DNA of 29,166 nucleotides, from the NCBI GenBank assembly GCA_026984385.1, contig JALSSH010000604.1, positions 1 to 29,166 on the forward strand, in the 5' to 3' direction. Position numbers and translations under genes: made by a program. Within the stretch, counting starts at the first letter, position 1. Every line of letters starts with the position of its first letter. This DNA is from Ardenticatenia bacterium (GTDB taxonomy: Bacteria > Chloroflexota > Anaerolineae > Aggregatilineales > Aggregatilineaceae). The notes beneath the pieces are model-generated. The model saw only the letters and a program-made list of their open reading frames with translations, ran no database searches and was not told the DNA's origin. Of this stretch, positions 7,682 through 14,628 are shown piece after piece.

Positions 7682-7706
7682 CGGGGGCGTATGTCCTACG
7701 CCCCCG
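7682..7706. terminator. Perfect 10-bp hairpin between the permease and ARH genes (terminator or REP-like)
   Basis: CGGGGGCGTA-tgtcc-TACGCCCCCG; followed by TTTAT on the minus strand. Confidence 0.55.
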
Positions 7707-7725
7707 CTCAACTCATCACTGCCGC

Positions 7726-9192
7726 TCACGCCTGTGCAGGCGCGGGCTGTCGGTGGTTTCGCTGGAGTAAGTGTAACCCTCCCAGCGCTAACCAGATCGC
7801 AATAGAAACGGCCAGCCCGATCAAAAAGCCGAGCGTCACCGAGTGGTCGGCCAGCGACGTTGTTTCCACAAAGAGCATAAAGACCAGCCCTAAATAGAGC
7901 CACAGCGAAACCACCATCGCGCCCGCGCTGGCGAGCGGGTGGCGTCCGATACGCTCCACATCCAACATAAAGGGCAGATTCACGCCGATAAGGAACAACG
8001 AACCGGCCATGATCAGCCCCCCATAGAGAAACACGGTTGACGTGCTCCAGTCGGTCCCCAGGCTGAGAAAGCCCTTCGGCGCGGAAAACATACTCACACC
8101 GACCAATACGCCAAAAACGGCCACCATCGCCATGAACATATGCAGCACGCTCAAGCGCTGAATGGCGCTCCAGAAGGTCGCGTCAAAGCCCTCGCCTTCC
8201 GCCGAGCGCAACGTGCGAACCCGCACGGCAAGCTGATTTTGCAGCGCGTAGATTACCAGCGCCATCACTGTTGCCATGTAGGGCAACACTTGCGGCAACT
8301 GCGAGGGGATCTCCAGCGACCCCACGCGCACCGAAAGCGCGTCGAACGAGCCGAAGATGACCGAAGCCAACCCCGTCCCGATGGGGTGTCCTCCGCCCAG
8401 GTAGGGCGTCGCCAAGGCGATAAAGCCGCGTCCGGCGGTCATGTTCGCCTGGAAAAAGCCCAGGTAGCCCATGCTCATATGCACGCCGCCCAGCGCGGCC
8501 AGCACGCCGCTGAGCACCAACGCCAGATATTTGATGCGCGTCACGCGGATACCTACCGAGGCCGCCGCTTCCGGGTTTTCACCCACCGCGCGCAGATGGA
8601 TACCGGTCGGCGTGCGGTAGAGGAAGTACCACACCACCGCCACCGACGCCAACGCGATCCACGTCATCACGCTTTGGTTATCCAGCACTTGGTAGAAGAA
8701 AGAAACTACCGGAATATCGTTGAGAAACTTGGGCAGGTGGATAAAGGGCATCTTCATGCTCTCTAGGCCGCCCTGGGTGTTGCCACGGTCGCCGGTCAGC
8801 TCGTACATGATGGCGATGGTGGCCGATTGCCCCAGGAAGTTGATGGCAATGCCCGAAAGGATCAAGTCGGCTTTGAGCTTGAGGTGGAAAAAGCCGAGTA
8901 TCCACGCGGTGAGCACTCCCATCACCAAGCCCATCCCAAGCCCCAGCCAGGGGCCGACCATCCTTCCTGTATCGGCCCCCCACCAAGTTTGGGCGTAGGC
9001 GCTGAAGACCACGCCGGTAAAGGCCGAGATGAGCATGATCCCTTCTAGCCCGATGTTGATCACGCCCGCGCGGTCGGAGATCAGCGCGCCGAGTGACGGC
9101 AACAGGATCGGCGTGGTCACGCGCAACACAGAAGCGAGAAACGCCGCGCTGAAGATACCTTCCAAAACGTTCTGAAACAGTGAGTTATCCAT
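7726..9192 (-). CDS. Nucleoside/sugar ABC transporter permease (BPD_transp_2, CUT2 type) with about 170 aa C-terminal membrane extension
   Basis: VTTPILLPSLGALISDRAGVINIGLEG, GIHLRAVGENPEAAASVGI, TAGRGFIALA, PQVLPY. Confidence 0.9.
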   Translation of the reverse strand: MDNSLFQNVLEGIFSAAFLASVLRVTTPILLPSLGALISDRAGVINIGLEGIMLISAFTGVVFSAYAQTWWGADTGRMVGPWLGLGMGLVMGVLTAWILGFFHLKLKADLILSGIAINFLGQSATIAIMYELTGDRGNTQGGLESMKMPFIHLPKFLNDIPVVSFFYQVLDNQSVMTWIALASVAVVWYFLYRTPTGIHLRAVGENPEAAASVGIRVTRIKYLALVLSGVLAALGGVHMSMGYLGFFQANMTAGRGFIALATPYLGGGHPIGTGLASVIFGSFDALSVRVGSLEIPSQLPQVLPYMATVMALVIYALQNQLAVRVRTLRSAEGEGFDATFWSAIQRLSVLHMFMAMVAVFGVLVGVSMFSAPKGFLSLGTDWSTSTVFLYGGLIMAGSLFLIGVNLPFMLDVERIGRHPLASAGAMVVSLWLYLGLVFMLFVETTSLADHSVTLGFLIGLAVSIAIWLALGGLHLLQRNHRQPAPAQA

Positions 9193-11320
9193 GCGCGCCC
9201 TCCTCGGCAGGGGTCAGCGAGCCGTTGCCGTTTTGGCCTTCTCCCATATCCAATTCGAGCGTCCCCCGTCGCCGGATGCGGCGGCGGCGGACGAACGTCA
9301 CCAGCGCTTCCGCCGTGATGAGCAAGATCACCACTGCTTGGATGATGCGCACGACCTCCGAGCTGATATTGGCGTCGCGCTCCATCACTTGCGCGCCGGT
9401 ACGCAGATAGGCGTAGAGCAGCCCCGTAAAGGGCACAACCAGCGGGTTATTGCGTGCCAGCAGCGCCACCACCACGCCCTCAAAAGCCAGCCCAACGGAG
9501 ATATTCAGGATCAAGCGGCGGTGCATCCCCATTGCCAGGTGCGCGCCCGCCAAACCGGCCACCGCGCCGCTGATCGCCATGACCAACATAATCGTGCGCT
9601 TGGTGTTCACCCCGCCGTAGTTGGCGAACTTGATGTTTGCGCCGATCATGCGGATTTCGTAGCCGATGGGCGTGCGGCGGATCATCAGCCAGGTGAGCAC
9701 CACCATCGCGATCACGATATAGACGGCGATGGTGACTTGGTCGCCGGTCACGTCCACGATCGGGGCCAGCAGGCCGTTTTCAGGAATCCAGTCCGAATAG
9801 GTGTAGCCCGCGTCCGGCGGTTTGAGCTGGAAGGTGAGCACCATCTCGTAGAAACGCTGCGCGACCATGTTCAGCATCAAGGTTGAAACAAGCTCGTCTG
9901 CGCCCAAATACGCTTTCAGCGCGCCAGGGAGCAGTCCCCAAAGGAAGCCTGCCGTCGCCGCCGAAAGTAGCGCGATGGGCACGAGCAGATAGGACGGCAG
10001 ATTGCCGAAAGTCAGCCCGACCACGCCGGAGACCAACGCGCCGAAATAGAGCTGCCCTTCCGCGCCCAAGCTGAACTGGCGCGCGCGGAAGACCATCGCG
10101 ATGGAAAGCCCCAACAAGATCAGCGTCAGCGCGTCCCGAATCCAAACCACCCAGCGGTTCAGACGGCTCAACGGCCCAAGCAAGAAAGCGTCATAGGCTT
10201 TGTTGGTGGCCTTGATCGTCTCCTTGATGCGCACGCTGGTATCCAGGGGGTTGGGGCGCACATAAACCGTGTAAACTCCCTCTGCGGGCAACGTTACATC
10301 TTGCAAGATCGCGTCGCGCGTGCTTTTCAGCTCGCGGGAGAACTGCTCCACTTGCGCATCGGTAGCGTTGTCGTTGAAGGCGATCTTTTCGCCGTCTGGC
10401 CCGTAGAGCGTCACTTGCAAGTCCATCCCCACTTCGGGGCGTGAAACGTAAGCCAGGATCGTCACCACATCGCCCTCACGTCCGGCGAAGTGATATTCGG
10501 CCTCACGCAAGGGATTGGAGACTTTCTCCTTGTTGAAGATCGCGCCAACCGGTTTGCTGTTGTAAGCAAAGTCCACCAGCGGGGGCGCATCAGAAACCAG
10601 GGCGACGGTGACTTCTGCGTTGACCTCTTCCACGCCTTCGGCAGCTTGCGCCGTGATGGTGTAAAAGCCGTCTTCGGGCAAGGTGAAGTCTTGGATGACG
10701 TAGCCGTTTTTCTTGGTCAGATAGCGACGGAAAGCGCGCGTTTGGGTTTTGGTGGCTTGCGTGCCCTCGCCAAGCACGTTACCGTTCTCGTCGCGCAACG
10801 TCAAGGCCAACGGCAGCTCTACGTCTTGGTCCACATAGGCCAACACCGAAACGACATCGCCCGCCCGCCCGGCGAACGTGTAGCTGACCGCGTCCTGCGG
10901 TGAGCTGAACTCGGTGGCGATCTTTTCACCGTAATTGATGGTAGTCAGTGCTTCGGCATCCGAAACAACTTTGATGCGGAACTCGCCGCGAATTAAGCTA
11001 TCAGCAGCATCTAGACTGAAAAAAGCCGTCATCAGATAGCCGAAAATAAGCGCGACGACCACCGTTAACAACACGCGCGCCGCGTCCCAGCGCAGCTCCC
11101 AAATGAGCAAAAAGACGCTGAATCCCGCCAGGGCGTTGATCAACAAAACGCTGAGCGGCCCGGGCGTGGCTTGGATGGCGTCCTTCACTTCGGAAAGAGA
11201 CATGCCCAAGCCGAGGCCATAAGCCTTATAGCTCAAAAACAACAGCGTGAGCACAGCCATTACGAAGCCGAAGAGAGGGAGCGTCAGTCGGTTACCTTTT
11301 TGCGCGGTTTTGGGTTTCAT
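9185..11320 (-). CDS. Nucleoside/sugar ABC transporter permease with two inserted PPC-like extracellular domains
   Basis: C-terminal core FSLGAEGQLYFG, ELVSTLMLN, GYEIRMIGAN, LAFEGVVVALLARNNP; N-terminal part has a tandem YxFAGRxGDVV...TLPxxGxYT repeat. Confidence 0.88.
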   Translation of the reverse strand: MKPKTAQKGNRLTLPLFGFVMAVLTLLFLSYKAYGLGLGMSLSEVKDAIQATPGPLSVLLINALAGFSVFLLIWELRWDAARVLLTVVVALIFGYLMTAFFSLDAADSLIRGEFRIKVVSDAEALTTINYGEKIATEFSSPQDAVSYTFAGRAGDVVSVLAYVDQDVELPLALTLRDENGNVLGEGTQATKTQTRAFRRYLTKKNGYVIQDFTLPEDGFYTITAQAAEGVEEVNAEVTVALVSDAPPLVDFAYNSKPVGAIFNKEKVSNPLREAEYHFAGREGDVVTILAYVSRPEVGMDLQVTLYGPDGEKIAFNDNATDAQVEQFSRELKSTRDAILQDVTLPAEGVYTVYVRPNPLDTSVRIKETIKATNKAYDAFLLGPLSRLNRWVVWIRDALTLILLGLSIAMVFRARQFSLGAEGQLYFGALVSGVVGLTFGNLPSYLLVPIALLSAATAGFLWGLLPGALKAYLGADELVSTLMLNMVAQRFYEMVLTFQLKPPDAGYTYSDWIPENGLLAPIVDVTGDQVTIAVYIVIAMVVLTWLMIRRTPIGYEIRMIGANIKFANYGGVNTKRTIMLVMAISGAVAGLAGAHLAMGMHRRLILNISVGLAFEGVVVALLARNNPLVVPFTGLLYAYLRTGAQVMERDANISSEVVRIIQAVVILLITAEALVTFVRRRRIRRRGTLELDMGEGQNGNGSLTPAEEGAHG

Positions 11321-12858
11321 AGGTACTGCTCCATTTCTTCGGGGGGTTGCCGCTCCGCGCCGAGCATATACAACCCCAGCTTATCCTCGGTCAAGTCCGG
11401 CGTGTTGGGGAAGACCGCCACGATCTCGCCTTCATACATCACCATAATCCGATCCGAGAGCTTCATCACCTCTTGCAAGTCCGCCGAGATGAGCAAAATA
11501 GAAAGCCCGCTGGTACGTTGGTCCACAAGTTGCTGGTGGATGTACTCAATCGCGCCAATATCCACACCGCGCGTCGGCTGGGCGGCGATAAGCAAGCGGG
11601 GGGAGGAAGAAAGCTCGCGCGCCACCACCACTTTTTGCATATTGCCGCCGGAAAGGGACCCCACCGGCAAGTTCGGCCCGGGCGCCAAAATATCAAAGCG
11701 CTCGATCAGTTCCTCACCGTGTTGGCGGATGGTGCGCAAGTCCAGCAGTCCGTGCCGCGTAAAGGGCGGGCGATAGTAGCGATCTACGATCAGGTTGTCG
11801 CCGATGGTCGCGTCTACGGCGACGCCGTTGGTCAGGCGATCCTCGGGGATATGCGCGACATGCGCTTCTCGCACTTTACGCGGCCCAGACCCCAACACCT
11901 GTGCGCCATCTACATACGCTTCTCCACCGGAAGCAGGGCGCAATCCGGTGAGCACTTCGACCAACTCGGTTTGGCCGTTACCTTCTACGCCCGCAATGCC
12001 CAGGATTTCACCCTCGTAGGTGGTAAAGGTGGCGTTGTGGAGCAAAGTCCGTCCGGTCTCGTTGATATAGGTTAGCCCGCGCACCTCCAAAACCGGCTTG
12101 CCGCGCTGGACGGGGGGCTTGTCCACCTGCATAAAGACCTCACGCCCCACCATCATCCGCGCAAGCTCGGCCTCGTTCGTTTCCGAGGTGTTGACCGTGC
12201 CCACCGTGCGCGCGTCGCGCATCACGGTGACGCGGTCGGAAATTTCCATGACCTCGCGCAGCTTGTGGGTGATGAAGATGACCGTTTTTCCTTCGTCCAC
12301 CAAGTTTCGAATGGCGGTGAAGAGGTCTTTGGTTTCGCGTGGGGTCAGCACAGCGGTTGGCTCGTCCAAGATCAGGATTTCCGCGCCGCGATAGAGCGCC
12401 TTGAGGATTTCTACACGCTGGCGCATTCCCACCGGCACGGTATCTACGCGCGCAGTTGGCTCAATATGCAGCCCGTACATTTCGGAAAGTTTGCGCGTGT
12501 CTTCGATAATCGAGGGCACGTCAACGGAAAGCCCGCGCGTAGTTTCCATGCCCAACGCGATATTTTGGGCGATGGAGAACGAGTCCACCAACATAAAGTT
12601 TTGGTGAACCATGCCGATCCCCAGGTCAATGGCTACCTGCGGGTTACCGATCTCAACCCGCTGGCCGCGCAGCCAAATCTCACCCTCGGTAGGCTGTTCT
12701 AGCCCGTAGAGGATTTTCATCAAGGTGGACTTGCCCGCGCCGTTTTCCCCGACCAGCGCGTGGATTTCCCCCTTTTCGACAGAAAGGTGCACATGGTCGT
12801 TGGCGAGCACACCGTTGGGATAAATTTTGACAATATCTCTTGCTTCTATGATCGTCAT
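11317..12858 (-). CDS. ABC transporter ATP-binding protein with two NBDs (CUT2/nucleoside type)
   Basis: GENGAGKST, MVHQNF, ILDEPT, GVEGNGQ, LSGGNMQK, AAQPTRG. Confidence 0.96.
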   Translation of the reverse strand: MTIIEARDIVKIYPNGVLANDHVHLSVEKGEIHALVGENGAGKSTLMKILYGLEQPTEGEIWLRGQRVEIGNPQVAIDLGIGMVHQNFMLVDSFSIAQNIALGMETTRGLSVDVPSIIEDTRKLSEMYGLHIEPTARVDTVPVGMRQRVEILKALYRGAEILILDEPTAVLTPRETKDLFTAIRNLVDEGKTVIFITHKLREVMEISDRVTVMRDARTVGTVNTSETNEAELARMMVGREVFMQVDKPPVQRGKPVLEVRGLTYINETGRTLLHNATFTTYEGEILGIAGVEGNGQTELVEVLTGLRPASGGEAYVDGAQVLGSGPRKVREAHVAHIPEDRLTNGVAVDATIGDNLIVDRYYRPPFTRHGLLDLRTIRQHGEELIERFDILAPGPNLPVGSLSGGNMQKVVVARELSSSPRLLIAAQPTRGVDIGAIEYIHQQLVDQRTSGLSILLISADLQEVMKLSDRIMVMYEGEIVAVFPNTPDLTEDKLGLYMLGAERQPPEEMEQYL

Positions 12859-13106
12859 CTACTACCCCCTAGATTAGGATGTCGGGGCACGGGAAGCGCT
12901 TCAGCCCGTCTGACCGTTTGACCGGTGCATAAGCCAGCACAGCGAAGATGTGCCGAGCGTAGCGTGGGCTGGTGATGGGCTGAGCGGGTGCTGAGTGGGA
13001 AAAGGACGATGCAACAGCACAAAGGGGAGAGGCGGCATACCAGAGAGAGATGGAAAGAGCCATGTTGGTTTTGTGTTCCGCGAACGCACCCGCAAACTAA
13101 TAGCAA

Positions 13107-13133
13107 ACTGGGGCGAGCATAGCTCACCCCAGT
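13107..13133 (-). terminator. Hairpin after the substrate-binding protein gene (weak terminator or mRNA-stability element)
   Basis: Minus strand ACTGGGG-T-GAGC-tat-GCTC-G-CCCCAGT, continuous with one G-U pair only on this strand, followed by TTGCTATTAGTTT. Confidence 0.6.
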
Positions 13134-13154
13134 CAATACGTGATTGTGCCCGAC

Positions 13155-14330
13155 TTACTGCGCCAGGTACTCCGCAGCGTCGAAGTCTACTTCCGGCATC
13201 TCGTCGCAAGCCATGCCGACCTCGGCCAAGCTATAGCCCAAGTCCAAGCGCGCTTCGAAGACGGTGTTCACGGTCACTTCGCCAGCTTCCAGCTTCTCGG
13301 TGGTCGCGTCCATCAAGTCCAGGATGTTTTCCGGCGTGTTTTCGTAGTAAATATCGTTCATCGCCAAGCCAACGCCGCCCTTGCTCACGCCCAAAACTTC
13401 GGCCTGGCCGTAAGGCAGTTCGCCCTTCAGGTGCAAGTCAATGGCGCGGAAGAGGGAGTTGTCCACGTTCTTCATCATGCTGGTGAGAATGTGCTGGGCT
13501 TGCTCGGGGTCGGTGTCCGCGATGATGGTGGCCTGGTCGGAGTCCACGCCGATCGCGTAGTGGCCCTGCTCGTAGGCTGCCTCAAACACGCCCACACCCG
13601 TGCCACCGGCCACCTGGAAGACGATGTCCGCTTTTTGTTCGTACATCGCCAGGGTGATTTCTTTGCCTTTGGCGGGGTCGTTCCAACCGCCGGCATACTG
13701 GACGATCACGTCCACGTCGGGGTTAACCAGGCAAGCGCCTTGTTCATAGCCAACGATGAAGTCGTTGATGACCGGAATATCTTGCCCACCGATCACGCCG
13801 ATGATCGCGTCGTCATTGACGCCTTCGATGCCGCTGGTGGTGATAGCTGCCGCATACACGCCCGCCAGGAACGAACCTTCGTTCTGGGCGTATTGCACGG
13901 AGTAGACGTTGGTGCAGCCCTCGACGCAATATTCGGGGTCGTCGTAGGGAACGGAGTCATCGTAGAAAATGAAATACTTGTCCGGATACAGATGTACGCG
14001 CTTGGCGAGGAATTCGCCCATCTGGAACGTGCCGACGATCAACACGTCGTAGTTGTCCACGTCGGCCATCGCGTCGCTCAGGCCACTTTCCCAGTTGGCA
14101 GGGTCAATGCCCAGCTCAATGGTGTTGACCTCGACGTTGTAGCCCTCGTCGATCAGGCGATCCATGCCGCGCTGCGCGGAATCAAAGAAAGACTTGTCGC
14201 CCAAAACGCCGTTGATCACCAATGTGATGCGCAAGGGTTGGTCTTGAGCCGACGTGCGGGAGGGGACGGCAACCGCCGCCACCACCATAACCATAACGAT
14301 GGCTAGTGCAAGGAACTTTGAACGGGTCAT
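13155..14330 (-). CDS. BMP/PnrA-family ABC substrate-binding protein (nucleoside-binding type)
   Basis: LGDKSFFDSA, NEGSFLAG, GVIGGQDIPVINDFIVGY, DIVFQVAGGTGVGVFEAA, IGVDSDQ; Sec signal peptide ending TSA-QD. Confidence 0.93.
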   Translation of the reverse strand: MTRSKFLALAIVMVMVVAAVAVPSRTSAQDQPLRITLVINGVLGDKSFFDSAQRGMDRLIDEGYNVEVNTIELGIDPANWESGLSDAMADVDNYDVLIVGTFQMGEFLAKRVHLYPDKYFIFYDDSVPYDDPEYCVEGCTNVYSVQYAQNEGSFLAGVYAAAITTSGIEGVNDDAIIGVIGGQDIPVINDFIVGYEQGACLVNPDVDVIVQYAGGWNDPAKGKEITLAMYEQKADIVFQVAGGTGVGVFEAAYEQGHYAIGVDSDQATIIADTDPEQAQHILTSMMKNVDNSLFRAIDLHLKGELPYGQAEVLGVSKGGVGLAMNDIYYENTPENILDLMDATTEKLEAGEVTVNTVFEARLDLGYSLAEVGMACDEMPEVDFDAAEYLAQ

Positions 14331-14385
14331 GTTTCTACACTCCTAAGCGAAATCTCCAAATATATAGGGATATGGTGCTGTTCAC

Positions 14386-14414
14386 ACTATAACCGACACG
14401 GTTAATTGCGTCAA
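14386..14414 (-). promoter_or_regulatory. Sigma70-type promoter of the ABC/nucleoside cluster with an inverted repeat in its spacer
   Basis: TTGACG (14414-14409), 17-nt spacer, TATAGT (14391-14386); TAACCG-aca-CGGTTA at 14390-14404. Confidence 0.8.
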
Positions 14415-14476
14415 GTTTCGCGCGCATGGGCACAGGGCTTAGCAACATTTGATTTTCGCCCTTAACTTCATCTCTA

Positions 14477-14519
14477 TGGTATAACACACTTGACCGAAAT
14501 ACTCATATCGAATTATAGG
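14477..14519 (+). promoter_or_regulatory. Promoter candidates upstream of the PrsW fusion gene
   Basis: Extended -10 TGgTATAAC (14477-14485); TTGACC (14490-14495), 18-nt spacer, TATAGG (14514-14519). Confidence 0.5.
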
Positions 14520-14520
14520 G

Positions 14521-14579
14521 AGAAAGGCGCATTTCTTCCTCACCTGAAGGCGAGGAGCTTCTGCGCCAACGTTCTATGA
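14521..14579 (+). mobile_element. Orphan IS200/IS605 (TnpB-associated) right-end-like hairpin, no transposase
   Basis: GGCGCA...TTCCTC-A-CC-tgaa-GG-C-GAGGAG...TGCGCC interrupted hairpin; pattern resembles IS605-group right ends as I recall them, not database-verified. Confidence 0.5.
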
Positions 14580-14628
14580 CCTCAAAAGTAGCGCACGTCC
14601 TTGACCGGCACACATAACGGAAAGTGCC

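Noticed and set aside
12869-13063. 64-aa ORF in the BMP-ATPase intergenic region
   Set aside because: No convincing RBS or motif and composition unlike neighbouring genes; cannot be supported without conservation or ribosome profiling data
13140-14306. 388-aa plus-strand ORF, and similar long antisense ORFs at 437-1156, 4330-5193, 20083-20907, 23872-25059 and 26050-27003
   Set aside because: Shadow ORFs opposite motif-supported genes, expected from GC-rich codon bias; no recognisable domains
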